Assembly (NCBI GenBank): GCA_013239625.1
Contig: MU053504.1
Coordinates: 1,800,001-1,864,000, forward strand
Length of the DNA stretch: 64,000 nt
From: Lama guanicoe
Taxonomy: Eukaryota
Direction of reading: 5' to 3'
Shown: positions 15,333 through 27,792 of the stretch, in pieces
How positions within the stretch are numbered: the first letter of the stretch is position 1
Layout of the letters: every line of letters starts with the position of its first letter
Position numbers and translations under genes: made by a program
Notes under the pieces: model-generated
What the model saw: only the letters and a program-made list of their open reading frames with translations
Told to the model about the DNA's origin: nothing
Database searches by the model: none

Positions 15333-18300
15333 TCACAATGTTCTTCTTGCAGGTACCAGGGCTAGAGTGGGAACTAGAGACCATCTGCAGTGCTTATGTT
15401 ACATGATGTTTTTGCTGAGTCCCACACTCTGAGAAAGCCAATGTACCCTCCTAGGGCCTCAGAAAGAAAAGAGGCATCAGATATAATCTTTGCATAAGAA
15501 TTAGAAAAAGAAACACGTGAATAAGTTATCAGCCGATGCAGAGAGGCAAAATTCACATTCACTTCTGGGTGTCTTCCAGGGAAATACACTACAACAGACT
15601 CCGGGTATGTCTGCCCCATTACTGAGTTTATATATGCTCCTTTCCACTATTTTGGCAGACGCTGGCTCAGCTATGAAGAGATCAGCTCTCTCACTTAAGG
15701 CCCAAGAAAGAGCACTATGTCCTGAGCCGGAGGACTGGTGAAGGGTGCCAGCAAAGGGACACACGTGGTAGGCAGTACGTGGGCTCTACAGACACCGGAG
15801 GTCACTATTCTGCAGTTCTCAAAAGCAAGATGGGCGCGATGCAGACACTGAGTGTGGGTTCCTTCGGCAAAGATTTAGGTCTAAGAAGAACTGCTTGTCT
15901 CCTGGGTGGTCAAGGTCACACAGCAGCCCAGTACGGGCCCCAGGGAGTAGACCACAGAAATGATGAACAACTGAGGTGACAAGTGCTAAGGCTGAGCCTG
16001 GGCTTGCTTCGGGGACCCAAATGAAGCACCCAGGGTACCCTTAAGACACCTAGGTGAAGCTGCTCTCTGGAACTGGTCCAAGCTGGATCCTTCCTGTTCC
16101 TGTAACAGCCTTTCTTTCCATGTTTTCACATATAGAGAAGAGATAAAGTAGTTCTTGGAGCTCAAGACACAGGCTTGGGGAACACTGTCAACATCTTAAG
16201 GCAGAGGACGGGAGACCAAGAAGAGGGACTGATTCCTTGAGCTGTAGCTCAAAAAAGGTGGCCCCAAAGCTCTGGAGGTGGTAATGACAAGAAAACCAAA
16301 GTCCAAGGTGAGGAATCCTGGAGACTCCAAGTTCTGAAGGCTTCCTGAGGAGGTGGGGTTTCAGGAGGCAGAGAAGGGCCTAGTGAGTCTGTGTGCTTGT
16401 GTGTGTGTGTTAATGGGGGTGAGTGGGAAGAAGTGGGGGAGGCAGAGGTAGATTTTAGGTACAAGAGGAAGGTTTGAAGCCTGAGTATCAATGCAAGAAC
16501 TAGATGACTAATCAGAGGGAACTAATGCCAACCTTGCCAGCCAGCCAGCCCAGTTCAAGGCATCCAAAGGTTCAAGTCCTGTAAGTCTCCCACTCCCTAA
16601 CAAGTGAAGCCTAGCCACCTGTCCCCACAGCCAAGCCCTCTGGCTCTCCTGACCGGAGGCATATCACGCCCCAGCTTCACGCAGCACCAGTGCCAAGTTG
16701 CTCAGTGTTGTCCCCAGACCACTGCCTCCTACGCTGGCACAATTATTTTCATTCCCTTATGAGACTCAAGTCCCTCCTTTCCTTCACTGCTCACATCTAC
16801 TGCCCTCTTAATTATGCCACAACACTTCAAACAGCTTCTGAATGCACTCACAGTCTTCTCTTCCAAAGCCATCTTTCCCATTCCCTCTGAGAGAGACCAG
16901 GGGGCTGAGCCATTCCATGGAATGGCCTTGCTGCTCCTCAATCCCAGCTCTGTAGCAGTAAAGCAGAACCCAGAACATCTTCACTTCCGAAATCTTCAGC
17001 TCCAGAACCTACTTTCTGACTACCGCATCCTATCATCCTTTCAATCCTATCTCATTCCCAAAACCTCATCCTCTGACATCACTGAGCCTTCAAAGCCTTC
17101 GGTTCCCCTATTTTTCCCTATTGCTCAGAGAATTTTGACTTTCTTCTCATCCACATCCAGGGCAGATCCCCAGGGACAAGACATATTTTCCTATCTCTGC
17201 TTTGTCAGGGAAAGGGATGTGAACAGACTGCATTCAGTATATACTAAGCACCAGGCATGTCATACATTACAGTTTCCCAACTTTGAAACAACTATATGAG
17301 GCAGTATTATCCTTAGAGGACTGATGGGGAAACTCAAGCTTAAAGAGATCTTCCCCAAAGTCACAGAACTACTTGGTGTGGAGCCAAATCCAGACACAGG
17401 TTTTTCTGGTGCCAGGGCACTGCACGGCGCTAACCACTGGTTCTCTTACTCTTTTCTCTTCACCTCTGTTCTCTCCACAGCCCACCTGTGACTAATTTGA
17501 CAAAATGCCTTCTCTGCTTCCTCAACCTCAACAAGTCCACAGTGCTGCCTGGCAGTCCCACCACTGCTGTCTTCCATCTCCTTCCACAAACTCCTCCAGG
17601 GTCCAGCCAAAATCCTCAACACATGCCTAACACTGCAACTTCATAAACTCCAGCCACAAGATGACTCTACCTACTATCTGCAGAGAAAGGCAGGATCAAT
17701 AGGTGTTATGAGGTAGAAACTGCTCCCCTACCTACTGCTTAGTACCTGGACCCTTCCACGTCCTGGGGTCACTGTCCACCTGCGTACCTCCAATGTAAAG
17801 TTTCTCAGGAACAAGCACCACTCAAAGGCCTCCTGGACAAACCTCAGATCATTCCAATGCTTCCAAAAATGAGCACAGATCTGAGAGTTGTAGTCACTGG
17901 GAAGGCAGGAAAAGAGGTGGATAAAGGGGCCATCTTCAGTACTTCCTCTTCCTCTAGACTCCAAAGCCTCAAAACCAAACGGAAAAGAGGAAGACAGAAA
18001 CTCACGAAGCAGTGCTGCAAAAGCACTTGCTATGGGGCCTAGGCCAGGTGCACAAGAGCTGATTTCAGTACTGGTACAGAGTGACTGCTCTGTGTGGCTG
18101 CTACCCTCCAGCTTGGCTCTGGGAACATAACTCTGTCATTATTCTCCTGAGAGTAAGACACATAAGATAACTGGAAGTCATGACTTTAGTGACTCACTGG
18201 GTGGCCCAGTGCTAGTGCCCTGGTCTCTTAGATACTAATCCACTTCAAGTGGTAACACTTCCAGTGTTTGTTCTGGATTCAGGACTGTCAAACTGTGGTC

Positions 18301-19469
18301 TGATGGGACATGCTTTTGCAGGGATTTCTCAGTGACTAGGGGAGCCAACTCCTGAGGAGATCTCCCTGGCTCCTCGCCTAATTCCTGGCGTCCTTGCTTG
18401 ATGGGCTCTGTTATTCCTTCTCTATTCTGTGAGTCTAAAAAACCAAGGTAAGAGGAAGTTCCCCCTTACTACCCAAGAAGCAGTAGGGGACTACAGCAGG
18501 GCTCTGGCTTTGACCTCTGCATCCCCAGGAGTCTAACAGGAGAGGGAGGAGCTCTCAGGGCAAAACAAAACATCAAATGTTAATGAAGAATTTGGTTTTT
18601 CCTTTTTTACACAACTGGCTATACAAATAAAAATCCTCCGATGGCCCAGCCTGTGTCAACTGGGAACGTTATCACTGCTGGGGAAATACTATGATGCAAT
18701 GGCTGGGTAATCTTCATTGTGTGTGTGTTGTGACAGTATGTGAAATATCTACATACAGTTTAAAGAAAAACATCAAAACAACAAACGCTGATGCCTGTAC
18801 ATGCAGCACTCAGCCCAAGAAATCAAATATTGCTAGTACCTGTGAAACCTCCTGAATGTCCTTCCTCAAAGGCCCTCTTCTCTTCCACCCAGAGGGAACC
18901 AACATCCTGAATTTTATACCGTTTTACCATACTTCAGTGTATCTACAAACTATACATACTGTAGTCTTGCCTGTTTTACTTTCGTACAAATGTACTCTTA
19001 ATACACATGTTCTGCTGTGACTTGCTTACTTCTGTCAACATCCTGTTCCTGAGTCATCCACTCTGCAGACAACACGCAGCCACAGGTAATATGCATGCTG
19101 TAGGTATGTGCTGTGTGATTCAATCATGTTCAGCACTTCAGAGAACCTTCTCTTTTCAAGTATTCCTCAACAGTTTCATATAGACACAAGGGAACACATG
19201 AGAGGGTGAGGAATGAAGGCAGCAACAGCAGATGGCCACTGCCTGGGCCTTCCCATCACAGGAAGGTGAAGCTCAGCTTAGTCACCGGAGTTCTCAGGGT
19301 GCGTCCACTATTCCGTGTGGCAGTGGGAATAGCATCCCTGCTCCGCACTGCCAAATAATCTCTGCCTGATGGAAAAAATACTCCAGAATCTGTAAACCAC
19401 TACAGGGAGAATGAAGGAGCTGCCAGAGTGCCAACCATTCACTGAGGCCTGCAGGAAATGGTAGATATA

Positions 19470-21910
19470 TGGTCAACTGATATTCAACAAAGGTGCAAGG
19501 ACAAGTTAAAGGAGAAAGGAGAATCTTCTTAACAAATGGTGCTAGAAAAACTGGATAGCCTCATGTAAAGCAATGAACATCAACCCATACCTTGCACTAG
19601 ACATTCAGAAGCCCACACCCACCAGCCACAGTGGAAAACCTCATACTTCACAGGGATGGCAGGTAGAGTTCTCAGAAGGATTTTGTCTTAGTATCAGGGT
19701 AAAATTAGCCCTAATTTAACTGCTGCCCTGTCTGCTGCCTAACAAAGCTTAAAACAAAAGTTCAGGTGATAAGCCCAGAAGAGAAATATAAGAATTATTA
19801 TAACTGCATCCTATATGTTCAAGACTAGAGAAAAGAATAAACCATGTTAACCTGGGACATGAAAGATGTAAAAATATCTAACTCCAACTTCTGGAGGTGA
19901 AAAATACAATGTCTGAGAAGAAAAATATACGGGATCAGAGTAATGACATTAGACATCTGCTGTGAGTTGAGCTTGTCCATGGTACTGCTGTCCCAGCATC
20001 CCTTCTGTTTGGCCAAACGGCCTGCAGGGGCCTTAAACTGACACTGGCTCCCTCATGGAAGCACATGCCCTAGAGTCACAAGCAAATGTAAGTTCCTGCT
20101 ATGACTTCCCCAGCAGCCCTTGTCATCAACAGTCTCTCTTGCCTCCTACTGTCTTCCCCTTGTGTGCCCCCTATATACGACCCCCATGGAGCTTACCAAA
20201 ACCCCTCTTTTTGGTTTAAATTGACCAATATGGCCTTAGCCTGGGAAATCAAAGTGCTCTATCCACGAACTCTAATAAAGGCACGTACCCTAGGTCCTGC
20301 CTGCACCTTGCCTTGACTTTCCCATGAGGCCCCTCAAGGCTTGCCATGTACTTCCTGCAGGACCTATGAGTAAACTTCTCTATCTCAATTTCTTTTGTTC
20401 AAATTGGCTCACCATCCAGCACCCTGTGCTCCATTTAACAAATGTTAATTTAACAAACTTATAACAATGCAGAACAAATGATTAGTAAATCAGAACACAC
20501 AGAAACTATGTAAAATAAAACACAAAAAGAAAAAAGACTAAAAATAATTGTACAGTGCATCAGGGAGCTGTAGGACAACTTTAGGCAGCCAAATATATGT
20601 AACTGTAGTCCCTGAATGCGATGGGAAAAAACTAAAGAAATAATGGCCAAAAAATTTCCAATTTGAGGAAAACCATAAATCCACTGATCCAAGAAGCTAA
20701 ATGAATCCCAAGCATAAGCAACATGAAGAAAACCACCCCAAGTCACACAAAGATTAAACTGCTTAAAATCTGTAGTAAGAGAAAAGAAAATCTTAAAAGC
20801 AGCTGGAATGAAAAGGTATCTTACATAGAAAGGAACAAAGGTAAGAAAGGCAGTAGATTTCCGCTCAGAAAATAATGTGAGTGAGCGAGACAGTGGAGTG
20901 AAGCAACATCTCTGAAGAACAGAAAGAAAGAAATGGTCAATCAACAATTCTTTACCCAGTGAAAATACCTTTCAAAAGTCCTGAGAGCTAGGACTTCCAA
21001 AATGGCTGTGAGGAGCTGGAAAATCCTCTCCCCAGAAAGCAGCCAAAAAACTGGACTGACTGTCAAATACAACGAGTTACGAACTCTGGAAATGGACCAA
21101 AGTTGTACAACAAAACTGAGAAACCCCTGGAGGAATTCTACCGAAGCTTGGTAAGCATAGTGGAAATCTGTGTTTTAGCTTGGGGCTATTCACATTACCT
21201 CCCCTCCAACTCTGTGGTGAAGTCTTATGAGGGAGAGGGGCAGGCCTGTCGGAGAGGCTGAGTTTATTTGGGGCAAAGCACAGAAAATTCTATACCTAGG
21301 GATACCAAAAACCAAAGCATGTACACATCATCAAAACTCATCAAACTGTACACTGAAACACGTGTAGTTTACTACACAGAAATTATACCACAATAAAGTT
21401 GTTTAAAAAATTCTTAAAAACAAAACAAAACCAAAGCAAAGTAGCAAATATTCAGGGAAGACCAACAAGCCAGAGACCTCAATGCTGGTTGCTGCAACCA
21501 GCCAGAAATGTAACAGGAAAATCAGAAGATCGAGGCAATAGATGACAATTATGTCTTTACATACAGCAAGAAAGATGTGTTGTAAGGCATCTTTCTGGTG
21601 TCACGTGCCCCAGGAGACTTGTACAAGAATGCTCATGACAGTACTGTCTGCAAGAGCAGAAAACTATAAACAACCCAAATGTCTACCAAGAATCAAAAGG
21701 ATAAACAGCACATTTTCATGCAAAGCAATCCTATGGAATTGTGAAAATGAAGGAACTATATGCCTACACACGACTATCTGGATGAATCTTAGGACCAGAA
21801 TATTGAACAAAAAAAGCAAGTCCCAGAACAACACAATGGAGTATGAGTCTACCTGTATTAAGTTCAAAAGGAAGACACTGTTTAGGGATATGTGGTAAAA
21901 CTATGAAGCA
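19470..21910 (+). mobile_element. Mosaic of old L1M fragments (ORF2 piece, ORF1 region, 5'-end-like piece, 3' pieces), interrupted by an LTR
   Basis: ttcaacaaaggtgcaagg..aacaaatggtgctagaaaaactgg (ORF2); ataatggccaaaaaatttcc..gatccaagaagct..aaaatcttaaaagcagc (ORF1); caacccaaatgtc..ctggatgaatctt (3'). Confidence 0.75.
19961..20466 (+). mobile_element. Solo ERV-type LTR (~506 bp)
   Basis: TG...CA termini, aataaa at ~20274, flanks ctgc/atgc (degenerate 4-bp TSD); splits an L1 ORF1-like stretch attagacatctgc|agaacaaatgattagt. Confidence 0.7.
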
Positions 21911-23199
21911 GGCTGCTGAGAATTAGTATTGGGCAGCCTGCCTGACCACGGTCAGCAGGGTGGGGAAGAGAAGGGCACATAAAGGACATGGATGAATGGC
22001 AAGCTGCATAACAAAATGTCTCGTGACAGCAGAAGTCACTAACTGGGGAAGGGAAGATTCCAGAGCTGGAAACATTTCAAGAAAAAGAAACTCTACTCTA
22101 CCCACAAGTAGTTCGCTGGTCTATCCCTGGACTGAAAATCGGAAGACCTGCACTATCCTTAGATGTTACCACTAAGTTGCACTGGGGCTGCAGATATGAA
22201 GATCAATCAAGATAATGCATGCTGATGAGCTTTTTAAATGCCTTCAGGAGATGAGAGCAGATAAACCTCAGTCTCAACTAGAGACAGATTCACTTAGACC
22301 CAAACATTTAAGCCTCAGGATCTTCCACCTGCCCAAGCACCCTTCCAAGGCCCAGAGAAGACACCCAACCATTTCGTATGTTATTTTTCCTTAAGAAAGC
22401 CCCAAAGTGGTATAAATTTCAAACCCCATAAAATTGACCTGATCCCCAAAGTGGTAAAATATTTAACACACAGCCAGGTAACACTCCTGTTTAAATTCTA
22501 TGCTCCTATTCTATCTTCCTGTCTCAGGAAACTGTCTCCTAATTCAAACTACACTTTCCTTAGGAACTAAGAAAGTATGAGATCTAAGCTTTTAAGTGTG
22601 TGACTAACAAGGCCCCAGAAATCCCTGGCTATGTCCTTTATTCTTGTGTAGAGATCTCAGGATTATTGAATCTTGCTGGATAACTTAATACAGTATAAGA
22701 TTATTTTTCTAACAAGGTGCTTTGCTAAGAAAGTGCAGACTAATTTTGGCAAATATCCTTGCTAAATATTATAACTGGCTCAACTGTGATGGAGCATAAC
22801 CACCTCTGTGTTGTGTCTACAAGCTGATTTTAAAATATTATGTAATCTTGCCCCAAGGCTGGGGGTACTGTCACATATTTCCCTGTCTTCAGCAAATGTT
22901 CCTAACTTCCTGGTCTTCTGTGTCAGGATCTGGAGAGGCAGAAATGCAGGGGCCATAGCACAAGCATGATAACAAATGCTACAGCAAATGCTGTGCAGCA
23001 TTTTGTGGACTGAAAACCAGAACCCCTTGTGCTTTGTCCTCTATGTCAATGGAGGAGCAGAAGCTGAACCAGTAATCTGAGAACAGAGAGGAATTTGCCA
23101 CCGGAGAGAATATTTTCAAGAAGAACAAATTATCCAGAGAGGGAATTTGCTTAGCAGAGGTTGAGGAATTTGTGGAGTAAGTCACAACTCCTCCTCTAT

Positions 23200-24560
23200 A
23201 AAAAAGGCTGTATCTAACAGTGAAAAACAGGACTCATAAGAAAATATTATTTTGAGGAAGCCAAAAAGGAGCATGGAATGAATCCCCAGGAAATCCATGT
23301 AAGACCAACAGGGTTCTTGAGATTTTCATATCAGCAGAAATACTGCCAGCTTAGACTGAAAGGGACAGAAAGAATAGAAAATGAAAGGAGACCACTGGAT
23401 CCCCAAAATTTTACAGGCAAGAAGCAGGCTGATAAAACTCATGGGCTACAAAGTGCCACCTTCATGAAAAGGAAGGATGACAGAGGTATAAGCCACAAAC
23501 CTAGAGGGCAGACTCATCAGCCCAGAGAGCAAAACTAAGGGTTTAGAGGGCAGAACCGAGAGGCCAGGGGGCAGAGGTAAGGGTCATGGGGGACTATTCC
23601 CAGACCTGAAACCTAATCCAAGAACTGGAGTTTCAGCTCAGCTGAATTTCAAAGCTGCCCTGAGCTGGGTACTCCTTTTTATCTTCCATTTTCCCCCTTT
23701 TGAATCTGAATGTCTGTAACTGTTATCCTCTGCCAGTCCTACCTTGTATGTTGGGAGGGCTGTGGTAGACGACTTGCTTCTAACTTCACAGGTCCACAGG
23801 TGGAGAGGAATTGTGTTGAGGAGCTGTACTTAATGAATTATGCACCAAAGCCTCACCTACACCTGATTTCAATAATGCTGATGATGAGATTTTGGAGTTT
23901 TGAGCTGGTAGGATTTAAGACCCTGAACTGTTACCATAGGGAATGAGGATCTTGGGTGATTGGGGGTGATTCTATTTTGCATGGGGGAACTGTGAGGGCC
24001 AGAGGGCAGACTGCGGTTAAGACAGCCCCCATACCCTTCATCCCCTTATGTTACTCCTGTGTTCACGTAACATCATATGTTAAGAGGGAGATTATTTGAG
24101 TGGGCCTCCTCTAATCACATGAGCCCTTTATAAATTTTCTCTTACTATACAACGTTATACGAACACAGGAGTAACATAAGGGGATGGAGGTCACGGGGGC
24201 TACCTTACCATAATCAACCCTCTGATGATGAAGCAGGTCACAGGGTGAGGAGCTCTGGGAGAAGCTAAAAGTGGTCCCAGCTGATAGCCAGCAACAGATC
24301 AGGGCCCTCAGTCCTACAGCCTGAAGGAACTGGCCCCTGCCAACAACCTGGATGAGACTGAGAGCAGGTTCTTCCCCAGAGTCTCCGGATACGAGCCTAG
24401 TCTGGCTAATGCCTTGACTTCAGTCTTACGAGACCCTAGACATGAATCTAGCCAAGTGTGCCTGGACTTCTGACCCGCAGAACTGTGAGATAATAAACGG
24501 ATGTTGTTTTAAGTTACCAAATTTGTGGTAAGTTGTTATAGCAATAAAAAAACTAATCCG
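23200..24560 (+). mobile_element. MaLR MLT1: internal-like remnant followed by LTR (~24012-24559)
   Basis: gggagattat..gtgggcc..ctaatcacatgagccctt, ttcttccccagagtctcc, aactgtgagataataaacggatgttgttttaagttacc..tttgtggtaagttgttatagcaata. Confidence 0.8.
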
Positions 24561-24846
24561 GATTTTGCTGTGGTCCACAGAATCTATTTCTGGACATGTT
24601 GTTGCTGTAGTCCATTCTGAGAGCAATCCTCAGGCAGCAACAAGAGGACCAAGTGCAGTTCTGGGGCCAGTCTTTCCTAGAACAAGTTTCCTCATCTGCA
24701 AAATCGGTGGATCAAAGAAGAAAAGCTGTAAGAAAACATTTCTACACTAACAACTCTTTTCAAATATCAGATGTATCATTAATCACAACACCCATGAGGA
24801 TTACCTGCAAAAGAGGGACCCAGACAGAGTCAGGAATAGAAAGTCA

Positions 24847-24999
<153 letters not shown>

Positions 25000-25548
25000 T
25001 TAAGTCTTGCCTAAGTCTGTCAATCTACAAAGGCTCCTAAGTCAGCCTCAGATACACCCAACCTCTTTCACGGCCTTTGGCATTGCTTGGCTCTTTGCCA
25101 TGTTACTGGCATCTGTGACTTGTGCTGAGAAAAAGAACGTTATGGTCCTCTCTGAGTCTAGGTACCAAGGTCTACAAGGCTTATTCATATTCCAGTGGGA
25201 TTATATCCTCTGATAACAGAAGCAACTTCTCCTTGGTCTAAAGCCTTAACTTCTCAGCTCTACACTTCTAGGCCAACCTGAGGTCCGCTTTTAAAAGTAC
25301 TGGGAGATTCTGGAAAAAAAAACACCTAAAGGTATAAATGGTAGAAAGAATCCCTGTTAACTGTAAACCCAATACATGGTTATTTCTAGAGCTCTGCTAG
25401 GAAGGAGAAGAATACAAACAGGAATTGAGACAAGGAGGTTCAGATCCTTTATTTTAGCAGTAATATGAAATGTTTTAAATTGTTTTTATAAATTATTTAC
25501 ATTTCATTTTGATATAATGTTAATATTAAGAATAAAAAGGCTGCTTAC

Positions 25549-25599
25549 CATCACCGCTTGCTGGGTTTTCTCAGACAATTTTACTTCACTGTCTTCTAC
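25549..25599 (-). CDS. DNAAF9: DNAAF9 exon 16/25 (51 nt): VEDSEVKLSEKTQQAVM
   Basis: gacacag|GTA, ATG|gtaagc; phase 0 to 0. Confidence 0.93.
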
Positions 25600-26489
25600 C
25601 TGTGTCCAAAAGGAGTGCAGATTTTCAGTTTACTACCTCAAGGGCAAAACTCTGCTAGGTCTCCCCTGTGTTCGCGTATTTCCAAGAGAGCAGTCCCTCC
25701 ACCACATCCAGTGTTCTCAGGCCCTGACAGCTGGCAGAGCTGGCTACTGGTCACCAAGGCTCAGAGTCCCAGGCCACGCTAGGCTCTCTCACAGGGACCT
25801 GAAATCCAGCTAAATGAGCCTATGATACGTGGAGACAATATGTTAGTCTCCACTTATGTTTCACTTCAGAGAACACCATTTTTAGAGGTGAAGGAAATAG
25901 AACATATTAAAATGTCTGAATGTATTCTCGTTTAAACACGTTCACATCAGAGGGTGACTCTTGCTCTTCTCTATTCATGTCAGAACTGCAGAAACAGAAT
26001 ATAAACATTCTGAAATAGGTACTTAGACCACTACTAGACTCAATGCTGTCAAACTTTCTGTGTCCCAAGGCACCAGAGTTTCAGACCAAGTCCCACAGAT
26101 GAAGATGGGGCCTTTCTACATGTAGAGACATGGTTGTAAAAACTCAGCAGCAACCATTCTGACCAGAAAAGGGAGCATGTGATCCACTCCTCACTTTCTG
26201 TGTGACCTTGGACAGGTTGGTCAATTTCTAAGCTTCAGTCTCCTCATCTGTAAAATGAGAGTGTTAATTTCTTCCTTGCACAATTTAATAGGGACCCAGA
26301 TTATTTAGTTTCTTTCTTTTTGGGAACTTTTCCAAGACTATGAGAGTTAAAGAAACTAGATTTGTCTGTATAAACAGAAGGAGCTGAGATAAAAACTTCT
26401 ATTCCCGAATAGCAGCTAGGTCAGGATCTGACATCCCACCAGGAACCTAGGGTCTTCCTCAAATGTTTTCCACAATTTCTCCACGTTTA

Positions 26490-26663
<174 letters not shown>

Positions 26664-27046
26664 CTAACGTCCTTCCCCTCCTCAGGAGTGAAGGATCCTC
26701 TTATTAGTATACAGAGCTGATGCCTTCCTCATCTGGGGATAGGCAGTCTAATGAGGGAATGGAGACAGGTTTCCCCATGTGATCTATTTTTTTTTAGGAC
26801 AAATAGAAACACACATTTAAATGAAGAGTCCTTTTAATCTATCAAGGTAGTCAGGTATATATATTAATTTTTATCAAGGTAGTCAGGTGTATAAAACACC
26901 AAACAAAACATCATCAGGCTCATCCTACTAGCACTAGGTATCATCATTCTCCAGAATTTTTTGTTAACATAATGGGTAAAAAAAATGGATCTAATTATTG
27001 TTTCAAATTGCTGACTACTAGTAAAGCATATTCACCCCCTGACCCC

Positions 27047-27252
27047 ACAGGACCCTTGAACCATGCAGGGGTTAGAGGCGTTGATCCTCTGCACAGTTGA
27101 AAGTCCACGTATAGCTTTACAGTCAGGTCTACGTATCCATGGTTCCACATCCACGTATTCAACCAACCACAGACTGTGTAGTTCTGTAACATGTACTTAT
27201 TGAAAAAATTCTGTGTGTAAGGAGACCTGTGTAGTTTAAACTCATATTCAAG
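27047..27252 (+). mobile_element. Tigger-derived MITE (MER8-like)
   Basis: gacccttgaaccatgcaggggttagagg..gtatccatggttccacatcc..attcaaccaaccacaga; homologous to 51037-51272. Confidence 0.75.
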
Positions 27253-27280
27253 ATGTGTGTATATACGTATAAAGATGATA

Positions 27281-27320
27281 ATATATATATATATGTATAT
27301 ATATATATACTTATATATTA
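27281..27320. repeat. (TA)n microsatellite
   Basis: atatatatatatatgtatatatatatatac read directly. Confidence 0.9.
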
Positions 27321-27528
27321 CAAATTATTTTGTTTTCTACTTTGGTGAACTGTCTGCTCATATTTTTTGCCCATTTGCCACTGGGTAGCTGGTCTTATTA
27401 ATTTGTAAAAGCTCTTCATAAATTAGGATATATACCCTTTGCTTATTGTAAGTAACCTAATATCTTCCCCAGTTTATTTCTGCTTTTGACTTAGTTTATG
27501 ATTTATTTTGGCAAAAAAAAGAAGTTCA

Positions 27529-27792
<264 letters not shown>

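Noticed and set aside
16814..17299. 161-aa ORF (+)
   Set aside because: C/T-rich, probably degraded L2-like sequence; no recognisable domain
20459..20947. 162-aa hydrophobic ORF (-)
   Set aside because: Antisense reading of an A-rich L1 ORF1 remnant; the Phe/Leu bias is compositional
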